Below are positions 47,017 through 57,909 of a stretch of DNA of 64,000 bases, in pieces. The stretch lies in contig JAUCBJ010008853.1 of assembly GCA_032718475.1 (NCBI GenBank), positions 1 to 64,000 on the forward strand. Reading direction: 5' to 3'. Numbering within the stretch: the stretch's first letter is position 1; each line of letters begins with the position of its first letter. Under the pieces are notes generated by a model, which had not been told where the DNA came from, ran no database searches, and worked only from the letters and a program-made list of their open reading frames with translations. The DNA is from Nemertoderma westbladi. Taxonomy: Eukaryota > Animalia > Xenacoelomorpha. The translations under genes were made by a program, and so were the position numbers.

Positions 47017-50000
47017 TTAGTTTTGATTCTCTATGGTGCAACCGATGTTAAGTACTTCTGACTGCCCCGTGTATTTTAGAAAATGGTATCTGATGGAACG
47101 AGGGTCCTCCATAAATAGTTGCAGCATTTGCTTCTGAGCCGCCAGAGTTTGATGCTGTCTCGATGCAAAGAAACAGTTCTCGACCCAGACGTTTATATAC
47201 TTCTTCACTAGTTAACATTATCTGAAATAAAAAAAATATTGGTTCTGTGTAGTCCGAAATATGCTACTTGTGGACGAGAAATGTTTTAATAAATAATAAT
47301 TACATAGAAATTATGATATATTTCAGGGCTAGCGTCGGGACGGTACTGGAGTACAGAATAAAAAGAGCATGAAGATAGGAAAAGTCAGTTCAGTATAATG
47401 GGGCGAGCCACGACGTCAGTTGAGTTAGAGGCGCCAGTTCTCTTGATTGTGTTGGCTATGATAATGTTAAATTGAACTCATTTGAATAAAATAAATCACT
47501 TAATTACAGTAGGGTGAACATATTTAGGAAATATTTAACTTAATTTAAGTTATTCTCAACTCAATTAATATTTGATTTTATATTCATGAATTATAATAAG
47601 AAATTTGCTCCCGATTTAAATATTCAGTAACCTTAATGTGAGTTGGTTCGTCCAGAGTACAATTCCAGGTTAGTCCGGTTGTGGCAGTGGTCACCTTAAA
47701 CCACAGTCTTCACTGTGGTCTCATCAGACACTACAAGTTTCACTATCCGTGAAGAATCGATTGATCCACTACTAGTTACTAGTTTCAGAGAGCAAACACC
47801 ATATTCACTCAGATCTCCAAACATAAATTGTAGAAACTGTAACTTTAGCTTCGAGAACAAGGTGTCCGCGCCCAGGTTGAAGTCTGGTAAAAGTTGCGGG
47901 TCGTTCTGAATAGCTTTCTGAACGTGGTCGAGATTTTGAACATATAAGTCAAACCAAACCTGAAAATTAGTTAATTATAATAAATTACTACAGTAGAAAG
48001 CTTGATATAAATGCTTGCTCTCAGTAAGTCAGTTGGGGTATAAAAAGTACTTATTGCCAGTGTGGTCCCCCAGATCTATACTCCCCAGCGGAAACTCCAG
48101 TAAAAATTCAACGCATCCACTGCAGTGGGGTGGGAACTCTTGACCCAATCAAAATTCATACCTCTACGGAGGAAAATCAACACAAATAATAGCTTTTAAC
48201 TCACAAAAATAAGATTGTATTCTGTTATATTGATCGTCTGAAAAAACGACATGTAATGTGGGGAGAGTTAATAAGATGGACGAAGGTCGACACCCTCAAA
48301 CAGTCCAGTCATTCCCTAATAATACACACCTGAAGAAGGCCTCTATTTGAGGCAGAAAGGTTGTAAAGATATTATTTATTTTTCTATTTGTGGGTGTCGA
48401 CCTTGGTCCGTCTTTAACTGTTCTATTGACTGCAGTTATTGTTTTGGTTAGAATAACATTCCACTGTAACCTGCTGCTTTCCCTAAATTGGTAATATAAC
48501 AATGAGGCGAGATATTAATTCGCCAGATGACTATTTAACCATACTTGATTGGCCTATCATGTTTAGACATCGTAGAAACACAACTAAATTATTTGGGGTG
48601 ATGAGGTGAGCACCAAAGAGGTGCACGCTGCCTTTGAAGACTTTAGCACTAACCTGAAATTCATGCTTTCCAGCAGCAAAGTAACTCGGACCAGCAATCG
48701 CATGTATTGGTGTAGTTGAATGTGAGGAACTGTAATCACCAGCAGCTAATGATAAAAGTAATTCAAAGTCTAGGCACTCTGCTAGAATTTTTGTACATTA
48801 CACCTGTTCAAACTACTGCTGATCCTTTCGCCCAAATCCTTTGCTAGCTGCCTCTGTTATCCTCCTCGGAATCTTCCAAAGAGCGCGCTGTCCAGGTGTA
48901 CACCTTTGTAGTTGTCTTTCGTTTGGCCCCACTTCTATCTGATGGTTGCCCTTCAGTATTTGCAACCTCAGTAATCAACCAGCCATCAACAAGTTCTATA
49001 TCTTTGTACTTCATCGCCTTCAAATCGTTCAAGTTATTAGCCAATATGCCGACATCGTTGAAGGTATGTGTGAGTTCCCTGTACATGGCCAAGAGACGAT
49101 TGCCGTATCGAACTGTCTTCCAGTGGAAGAAATCTACGACTGGCTCAACATCATTAGCTAAAAACAGAATAACAACTATCAGCGCAGAAAACCCAAAACA
49201 ATTTTTCACCACCCGCAGATGATAAACTAATTTATCGATCAGTGGGTGGTGAAAAATATGTTGTTGTTTAAAGTTTCAAAAAGTTAAACATGTAAAAATT
49301 CAAGAATATAGTGAGTGATCTGACATCCATTTCAATTATTCAGATGAAATGTTAAGATTGATTACTAGGATATATTATGGAATCCCTCCAGATTCCTTCA
49401 TCAGATGTATAACCAATTCTATAAAAACTAAATATTATTATATATTTTTATGTATAAGCGAAAAACATGACGTGTGGTGATAAATTTAATTGACTAACCT
49501 CACACAAAGGTTCCATTATCACTTGCATCGCCAGTAAATCGTATACATAATCTTGTCCGAGTATTTCATACTACAGTGTCAATATCCTTGTTTGGATACA
49601 TCTGGTGAAACGTTGTTGCATAAATTTTAAATCCCTTTGTAATTTTCCTCCACTGATCTATGTCTGAGCTTGTAAATCGCTGTGTTGCGTATGGTACAAC
49701 TACCACAACTTGCTCTTCCATTTCTTTGGCAACTGCTTCCATATGAGCAAAGCCTTTACCCCGTGAGAACAGTTTGTTGAACTTGTTGCTGCTTCCAATA
49801 AATGATAGGAAATGATCCTTGCTGCCAATGAGGCCATCACGAACATCCTGCACAACCAAATCGAGAAAATGAGCTAAATCCCAAATGACAGGTTCTAGCT
49901 CGTCCATGCGTCACTGCCACGACCTGTGCGTTATTGAATTCTGGTTTTAAATGCCTCACTCTGGTATTGCCCATCAGCAGTTGTGCCCATGTAGTACTGT

Positions 50001-51250
50001 ATTTCCTCCAAATCTAACCCTAAATTGTTTTCCAAACAAATTCATAAATAGATCAGCTAAGTCTTTTGACCCACCTGCAGTTAATAATACAGCTGATGGA
50101 AGAAGCGAGGTAACTGGATCAATGGTGTCTTCATCGCCTTCATCCTCATCTGACTCAACTTCGTCTATTAATAGATATCTGTCATGCGAGTGGTAAACCA
50201 ATGGAGCTGCAACTGGAATGGAGCACCGCCTACCATCGACTAAAAAGGCAATTAAAATTGTAAAATAACTCGAGTCTCCTTCATTATACACTTTAGAGCC
50301 AACTGTAAAATTATGTTTAGCTGTTTGCGCCCATGACAAATATTACCAACATTAACTCCACAGGAAGATGGAAGAGAAATTAATGTTTCATAGTGACAAG
50401 AAGCTGCTTTGACGCGCACATCTGGAAATGCAGCACGGACCAAATTCTGCATGATTGAATGCGAGAGATCACTTCGTTGTTTCTCCTTTGGAACGCTCTT
50501 CTGTAGCAGTGAAATGTTGCCTGCCATGATGCAAACTACTTATGCCAAGCAAATGACAACGTAAAAGTGAATTTAATCGCCTCCACGTACTTGTCTTTCC
50601 GCCTATAGCATCTCCTGTTTCCAACTTACCAATCCACATTCCACCTACTGGTGTACCTCTTGTCATCGGGGATAAATTCTGTGCACTTGTCGTTGAGTTA
50701 ATTTCTGCTGGGTCTTTCCCATGGAAAAATGAAAAGCACGTCTCACAGCATATAACACTTTCTCCTGTTTCATTGGAAATGAAAAATTATATATCCGTAG
50801 CCCTAGAAACTTCCACAATGTTGCTCAGTTTAATCCACTTGTCTAGATCGGTAATGGTTGACCCAATAGAGTCCGATATTGGATGTTCTTCTGTGGTGCT
50901 CGGAGACTGCTCCCGCAAAATTGGAAAAGTGGCAGACATTTTCTCAATTAGAATTTCAACCAGTTGGTCGATATTTGTTTGGGAATCACAAATTGCTGAA
51001 GGTAACTTTCGATCCTGAGCAGTAAATCGAGATATTGTTGTCTGTACTAATTCAACAGGTTCAACAGGTGGGGGTGGGGGTGACTCGAAAAGCACATCAT
51101 CCCGAATCATGCATGCCCGAGGTCGACTTCAGTAACAGACACTTCGTCAGGTTCAATGTCAATGCCAGATATGTTTGATATGGACCCAGATATGTTTGAT
51201 ATGGACCCAGATATGTTTGATATGGGTGACGTTGCTTGTGGTGATGAAAA
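47017..51250 (-). pseudogene. Multi-exon decayed hAT-like transposase gene
   Basis: Chain of broken minus-strand ORFs separated by AT-rich intron-like gaps. IWDLAHFLDLVVQD resembles the hAT (C/D)xxH signature and YATQRFTS resembles the TRW/TRF motif. Many stops. Confidence 0.5.
48266..48419 (+). mobile_element. Penelope-like remnant: inverted repeats flanking a degenerate hammerhead core
   Basis: GATGGACGAAGGTCGACACCC (48275-48295) and GGGTGTCGACCTTGGTCCGTC (48392-48412) enclose CTGAAGAAGGCCTC-TATTT-GAGGCAGAAAGGTTG. Confidence 0.4.
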
Positions 51251-51379
51251 AATAATAACCCCTGTCTTTGATTCCTTTTGTTTTACGCGATCATTTCGTT
51301 CTAAAACAATAAATATATTATAAGCCTGATAACAATGCGGTCTTCTTTATTAGATTCCTATTAGATTACTAGATGATAG

Positions 51380-51958
51380 TGGCAATGGTGGTATTGTTCT
51401 ATTGATGAATCCCACTGCACATGCAGCATTGGACAAATTAGACCAAATCTCCAACCGCATCATCCGTTGCCACTTCTCATGTTCTGGAAGACTGGCTAAG
51501 AAGTTTCCTAAGGTGGTTCTGATTGTGTGCTACTCTCCAACTAGTGTTGCCCCTGTAGAGGAGGTGGAAAAGTTCTACCACAATCTACAAGCAGCTACTG
51601 ATGGAGTGGATCAGCATGCATTCTTAACATTCCTTGGAGACTTTAATGCAAGTCTGCATCAATCACCTACATCGCCCTGGGTCTATAGCAATAGTGCTAA
51701 CCGAAATTCCGTCCATCTTCAGGATTTTATCTCTGGAAATGGATTGTTTTCGGCTGGAACCCAGTTCAAGAAGCGAACTGGAAAGCTATGGACTCATAGT
51801 GGACCCAGTGGTCACAAGTCCCAGATAGACCATATTCTGTTTCGTAGGAAATACAGGAGCTCTATGCAAGACTGTAGTGCATTTACACTTCGACCCTTCT
51901 CCAGTGATCACCGCCTTATTGTGGCCAAGGTAAGACTTAGTCTGCGTGTTAGCAGAAC
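51380..51958 (+). mobile_element. RTE-like LINE endonuclease fragment, cut by the BEL 4 LTR
   Basis: VCYSPTS, KFYHNL, LGDFNA, WTH...SQIDHIL, SDHRLIVAKVRL. Confidence 0.8.
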
Positions 51959-52539
51959 TGTGACGGGATCCGAGAATCCCGATTTATCCGGTGGTTATCT
52001 TATCTACGCGTCCCCGCCGTGTGTGTGTGAAAAAGAGTTCTTGAGTTGTTGACTGATCGGTATGTATAAATATAGGGTATAATACAATCGAATAAAGTGT
52101 AACACAGTTGATTGATGATAACTAAAGTGTACCGATAAAATAGCTGAAAGATGGTGGTGGCAGTAGACGGTGATAAGAGTTCCCGTTCTGCCCTAACTAA
52201 CTGACTAACTAAAGTGAATGAAATGACACAGCAACTGGTAATATATTGCACTGGTTGGCCGTATTACATTACTCAGTGGATGCCTGCCCCCCATTGGCTA
52301 ATAACCCAATTCTCGCCCTCCCATCTCTCTGGGAGTGTTTCCCCCTGCTGCTATCACTATCTCCCTCCCGGAGGTGTAACCTCTGACCCCCGCTGTGTGT
52401 GTTCCCTTGGGGTTTGTCGCCCCGTTTATTGGGGTGATACGAGGTTGATTGGCAATCAACCTCGTACTCCCAATATTGCTTAAAGCTCCTGTTTGGCCAA
52501 CTCTGTGTGGGGTGGTTAGCGGAATTGAATACGCTAACA
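51959..52539 (-). repeat. Terminal 3' LTR (LTR-a, about 581 bp)
   Basis: Sense strand reads TGTTAGCG...CCCGTCACA directly after the PPT and abuts the interrupted LINE. Confidence 0.75.
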
Positions 52540-52869
52540 CTCCCCCCATGCTATCTTCCCGGTGAGAAGATAGCATCCACCTCTAGTGCGCTACAATTCC
52601 GCTGGATCCTGATCTACTATCGGGTGTGGGGTGGAATTATTTTTTCCGGAGCCGGCTTTCCAGGCCGCTCCCTATGGGTATGATATCGCTACCCTGTTTT
52701 CCTGGCGTCCCGTGTCGGGCCGATCGTGCGCTTCTCTCACACGATTTTTGTTTCCCCAAAACCTTCGCCACTCTAGCTCCACTCTACTCTCACCCTGACT
52801 CTCCTCTACTTCTCTTCACTCCCTCTCTTCACTCTTCACTCTTTATTTTATCACGACTTTTAATTCTTT

Positions 52870-53365
52870 CTTCGTGATCATTGTGGAATGCTGTAAAGAG
52901 TTCTGGTGTTATTGATTCTCCGATATGTATAATGTGAGATATATATAAGGGTATAAGGATATAGTATAAAATGGATACGGTATAAGTAATATCTAATAAT
53001 AATGGTGGTAGGCGAGGATGGTCTTAGAAGTCTCCGCTCTACCCTAGCTAACCGACTAACACAATGAGATAACTGAAATAACTGATTACTGTCAACTGGT
53101 TATATTGCACGGGTTGGCCTTGTTACTGTACCTAGCCGGTGCCTCCCTCCCATTGGCTAATATCCCTGTTGGCGCCCTTTGGAGTGTTTCCCCTCACTCC
53201 TGCTATTCTCCCTCGGTCAGGGGTTTGGCCCCTGACCCTTATTGTGTGTTCCTCCTTCCCATTTTATTGGGGTGGCACGAGATTGGGTATCCAACCTCGT
53301 GGCCCCCAATATTGCTTAACGGCTTACTTTATGGGTTCGTGTTAGCGGAATTGGATAAGCTAACA
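52870..53365 (-). repeat. Second, diverged LTR copy (LTR-b)
   Basis: Starts TGTTAGC after an identical PPT; colinear with LTR-a but clearly diverged; the U5 end is uncertain. Confidence 0.7.
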
Positions 53366-54565
53366 CTCCCCCCCATGCTATCTTCCCGGTGAGATGATAG
53401 CATCCTCCTAAAGTGCGCTACAATTCCGCTGGATCCCGATCTAGCATCGGGTGTGGGGTGGAACTATTTTCTCTCGGAGCCGGCTTTCCAGGCCGCTCCC
53501 TATGGGTATGATATCACTACCCTGTTTTCCTGGCGTCCCGTGTCGGGCCGATCGTGCGCTTCTCTCACACGATTTTTGTTTCCCCAAAACCTTCGCCACT
53601 CTAGCTCCACTCTACTCTCACCCTGACTCTCCTCTACTTCTCTTCACTCCTGCTCTAACCCTCGGACCTCCTTGTCCCTCACTCTGCCTCTTACTCCTCC
53701 CCCCCCACACTTGAATTGCACCCGCACTCTCTTCGTGCTATCACTCGACCCCTATCTCAACCACTCACTCCTGGCGAGCCTCACCCCCCTCCTGTGCCGT
53801 CGCACTCAAGAAGTGTGAAGTTGTCCAGCATCTCGTTTGTCATAGTCAATTGTTCCCCAGTCCCAGTAGCTAATTGGAAAAAGGTTGTATGACTATAGTA
53901 CTTACTTTGATTGTATTTTCTTGCTAAACTAATGATTGTTTCGAACGTACATACTAATTGCACTTTTCAATTATTTAAATTATTTGAATTTGTACTTAGG
54001 AGTTCGCACGTCTCACGTGGTGCCTTCCAGGCATACCACATCGAAGTCTTAGTTCGTTCCACCTGTCTTTGGGAACCACCTCAACTCTTTCCCTCTGTCG
54101 TCCTCCTCCCTTGGTCGTTTCCTGGCCGCTGCCGCTCCTTTGGTCTTATCTCCCTTCAGGCTCCTGACCCTCGCCGTCACCTCTCTACTAATCCCGGTCG
54201 TTGACTCCTTGGGCGCTGGTGTTATTAGCTCCCGGTATCGCTTCGCGGGTGGCCCCTCCGAGTGGCCCTGTTGTTTCCCCCTGGTGGCGTCCCATGGGAT
54301 CACTTTCATCGCCCGCGGCACATGCTCCGCCAAGAAATCTCTGAACTCCTGTCCACCTGTCCAAATACCTCTGCGTATTTATCACCACGGCATACGACGC
54401 CGCCGTCGCTACCTCCTGGTAGGTAAACGGAAGTCTCCGTTTGATAATCTCCAAGTGGGCCTCCTGGTTGATATTGAAGAAGCCCCACCGGAACTCCTGG
54501 GCCTTCATACGTTGCCGAGTCATGGCCCCGAAGTTGGCCCACTCCTCAAAGATCCTAAACTTATC

Positions 54566-56596
54566 TTAGTCATCCATCCAGTCGCACTGGCGTCCGTAGT
54601 GCCCCCAGAAGCTGCACTTCGAACACCGGTTGTGCAACCGTGGACATGCCCCCATCCTGTGGCACGACTCGCGGCAGTAGAGACAACTAGTCCCTTTCTG
54701 GAACCGGTACAAACAGCTCCTTTCCTGGTGGGTTTGCCTCCCACAGTAATCACAGCCGAGCACCAATGTCTCCCGCCCCTCGTCGTCTTTCGTCCCAAGC
54801 GATCTCCGCGGTCTGTGGAGTCGCTGGTAAGCGAACTTCTGGACGTTAGTGTCCCTGTCCACGTCGATCTCCTCGCCCCTCCCGGGCATCGTCTCACCGA
54901 ATACTACCCGTGGTGCCGTTCCCGGTTGCTCGCCCAACCTGATGGTGCTCCCCGCGAAATCCATCGCCGGCTCCTCATGCACCCAGGCCCGCTTGCTGGG
55001 TCTATCCCAGAAGGCCCTCGCCCCACTAGCCGTCACCACCCTCCTGCTAACCCAGTCCGTGTCCGAGTGGCCGATTCTCCCGATGGGCGGCATCTCTCCA
55101 AACTCGTCATCATCCTCGTCCTCCTCTGGGAGTGGCTCCAACCCCGGTATCCCGGTGGACCCACTGTGTCCCTTCCCGCCTTGGCTCTCGCTCGTGACTT
55201 TCCATCCTTCCAACTCCCCTAGCCTCTTTAGCGGGTGATCGCCCTCGGCGCCCGCTGGTATGGGCATCATCTCCAATCCCGATGTCGCCTGTTTCGGTGA
55301 TCCCACCATCCACCCTAATTCTCGCCCTAGAGACTCCCCCGAACTCCCTGATGACGTCCATCGAAGTTCGTCTAAGGCCGCCTGTTCCTCGAAGCCGTAG
55401 CTCTGCGCTCTAGCTTCTTCCTCCCTTTCCTCTGCCTCTCTCCTTTCATGTCTAGCGATTTCTTCCAATCGCTTCGCTTCTCGTCTATCCGCCTCTAGCT
55501 GCTCCCATCTCTGATATGGCGTATCTACCTCCCCGTCTACCAGATGTCGGCAGTTATAGTACACCGACTCGCCCTTCAGCCCTGGGAGGTCTACTAGACC
55601 CTCGAAAGCCGTCTTGAAGGCTCTTCTGTAGCTTCGGGGTGATCCCGATAGCAGGAATGCTGTTGGTTCCCTCTCGATAACCACGGTCATGAATAGGTTA
55701 AGCGAACCCATCATTATCCAGTCCTCCTGTAGGATATATCGCTTCTGATATACCTTTATCGCTCCTCTCTGGAATTGATACACCTCTTGTTTCCCTGGCC
55801 TTTTCCCTGGCGAGTTCGCCAACTCCACTCCGTACTCCTCTCTGAACTTACTCCAGTCCATAGGTTTGTGACACACGAGCCCCATTAGCTGGCCCATCGC
55901 CACCGCTCCACAATGGCGTGAGTTCTCCACTAGTCCCAACCCGTCTGGTGTTGTCATAGCCACGTAGACCGTCTGCATGTCCAGAAGGTTGGGGGTGTCC
56001 GGACTGATGATTCTCTCCGCATCGTCGCAAATCGCCGATCCCACTTTCGTCCTCGACTTCTCTCTCACTAGGGTTTGCACTGCCTTCGGCAACCGGTTCA
56101 ACTTCGGCCCGTCCTTCTTCCCATACGTCCCTAGATCGAATAGGAATATATCTCCATTTGGCGCGCCCAAATTTAGGAGTATGGTTCTGGCCGACCCCGC
56201 CGATCCTCTCCTCGAACCCTCCTCGTCTTCCACGGTCCCCTCATCGTCTAGGATCATGTATCCTCCTCTGCTGACGGACTCTACGAACCTCTTCCAATCC
56301 TTTCTCGGTAGCTCTCTTGCGTACTTCGGAATCCCGAACTTCGCTTCGTCTCCTTTCACCACATAGTGGAAATGCTCAAAGATCACGTTGTGCAGCGACG
56401 GCGTCCCATAGGTCCCGACCAGCCGCTGTTCATGCACCTCCCTGAAATGGTCCTGTAGCGCTCGCGCCTTGTGACCTCTCTCTAACCGCTCGTAGTATCC
56501 CCTCGTCTTCTCTTCCGGATGCCTCTCGGTGAAATCCACCAGTATCTCCTTTCCTCCTAACTCCACCTTTCTCTTTCGGACAAGCTTCCCTGCCAT
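54566..56596 (-). CDS. Accessory ORF: DEDDy 3'-5' exonuclease-like domain plus three CCHC zinc knuckles; the same frame continues to 54188 after one TAA
   Basis: YMILDDEG (ExoI), LLNLGAPNGDIFLFDL, LPKAVQTLVREKSRTKVGSAICDDAERI (ExoII), LLDMQ, YQKRYILQED (ExoIII-like); CDYCGRQTHQERSC, CLYCRESCHRMGAC, CSKCSFWGHYGRQC. Confidence 0.7.
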   Translation of the reverse strand: MAGKLVRKRKVELGGKEILVDFTERHPEEKTRGYYERLERGHKARALQDHFREVHEQRLVGTYGTPSLHNVIFEHFHYVVKGDEAKFGIPKYARELPRKDWKRFVESVSRGGYMILDDEGTVEDEEGSRRGSAGSARTILLNLGAPNGDIFLFDLGTYGKKDGPKLNRLPKAVQTLVREKSRTKVGSAICDDAERIISPDTPNLLDMQTVYVAMTTPDGLGLVENSRHCGAVAMGQLMGLVCHKPMDWSKFREEYGVELANSPGKRPGKQEVYQFQRGAIKVYQKRYILQEDWIMMGSLNLFMTVVIEREPTAFLLSGSPRSYRRAFKTAFEGLVDLPGLKGESVYYNCRHLVDGEVDTPYQRWEQLEADRREAKRLEEIARHERREAEEREEEARAQSYGFEEQAALDELRWTSSGSSGESLGRELGWMVGSPKQATSGLEMMPIPAGAEGDHPLKRLGELEGWKVTSESQGGKGHSGSTGIPGLEPLPEEDEDDDEFGEMPPIGRIGHSDTDWVSRRVVTASGARAFWDRPSKRAWVHEEPAMDFAGSTIRLGEQPGTAPRVVFGETMPGRGEEIDVDRDTNVQKFAYQRLHRPRRSLGTKDDEGRETLVLGCDYCGRQTHQERSCLYRFQKGTSCLYCRESCHRMGACPRLHNRCSKCSFWGHYGRQCDWMDD

Positions 56597-57069
56597 CTCT
56601 AACTCTCCTCAATCGCTCACCTGTAAGGTGGTGCCTTGCCAAGGCGCAGTACAGATGAGTGATAAAGTTAGGATGGTCTGTACAGTTCGACAATGGCCTA
56701 TCTCTTACTTAACTTGAGTTTTCGCCTAATTTTCCCTACTTAATTTCTAAAACTGCTAAATTGTACCCTAAATTGTAATTTTGTCCGCTACTTTAATTAT
56801 GTTCCAGAATATTTTTCCCTACTGTTACCATAATTTGTTTAATTTCTACCTTTTATTTTTATTTTTAATCTAATTCAATCCTACTACTGTGTTACTACTT
56901 CTGCCAATGGATTATTTTACTTTATAATCCACACTCTGGCCTATTTTGTGGGCTTGTGCAGTACAACAGTATGCGTCGTGTGGCCTACACGATTTATCCA
57001 GCTGTACTCACGTGCCCCCCTCTCGCTACTCACTACTAACTAATATCTATATTATATATATACCCTTCT

Positions 57070-57780
57070 ACCACTAACTTCTAACTAACTTCTACTAACC
57101 GGTACTACGTACCCTCTTACTAACTTCTGACTGACTTCTACTAACCAGTACTACGTACCCTCTTACTAACCTCTAACTAACTCCTACTAACCGGTACTAT
57201 GTACCCTCTTACTAACCTCTAACTAACTCCTACTAACCGGTACTACATACCCTCTTACTAACCTCTAACTAACTCCTACTAACCGGTACTACGTACCCTC
57301 TTACTAACCTCTAACTAACTCCTACTAACCGGTACTACGTACCCTCTTACTAACCTCTAACTAACTCCTACTAACCGGTACTATGTACCCTCTTACTAAC
57401 CTCTAACTAACTCCTACTAACCGGTACTACATACCCTCTTACTAACCTCTAACTAACTCCTACTAACCGGTACTACGTACCCTCTTACTAACCTCTAACT
57501 CTCTCTCAACTAACGGTACTACGTACCCTCTTACTAACCTCTATCTCTCTCTCAACTAACGGTACTACGTACCCTCTTACTACTAACTCTTACTAACTAA
57601 CGGTACTACGTACCCTCTTACTACTAACTCTTACTAACTAACTAACGGTACTACGTACCCTCTTACTACTAACTCTTACTAACTAACTAATGGTACTACG
57701 TACCCTCTTACTACTAACTCTTACTAACTAACTAATGGTACTACGTACCCTCTTACTATTAACTAATTATCTAACTATCT
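57070..57780. repeat. About 40-46-bp tandem repeat (GGTACTACGTACCCTCTTACTAAC...) between pol and the accessory ORF
   Basis: About 15 copies with a gradually changing unit. Confidence 0.92.
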
Positions 57781-57909
57781 GCCTACTTACTCTTTCTTTT
57801 CTTTTCTTTTCATTTCTTTATTTATTTTTATTTTTAAGTGTGGGAAGGGCGTCTTGCCCTCAATCCCACCCCCCTCAGTCCAAAACTTGGACGATTAAAC
57901 TCTACTCGT

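Noticed and set aside
49365-49410. Hammerhead-like CTGATGA-A-GGAATC...GATTCC on the minus strand
   Set aside because: The required GAAA is replaced by ATAA and stems I and III are not convincing.
54140-55222. 360-aa plus-strand ORF
   Set aside because: Antisense shadow of the GC-rich accessory ORF; no recognisable motifs.
54566-56596. env interpretation of the accessory ORF
   Set aside because: No signal peptide, transmembrane helix or glycoprotein-like cysteine pattern; exonuclease and knuckle motifs fit better.
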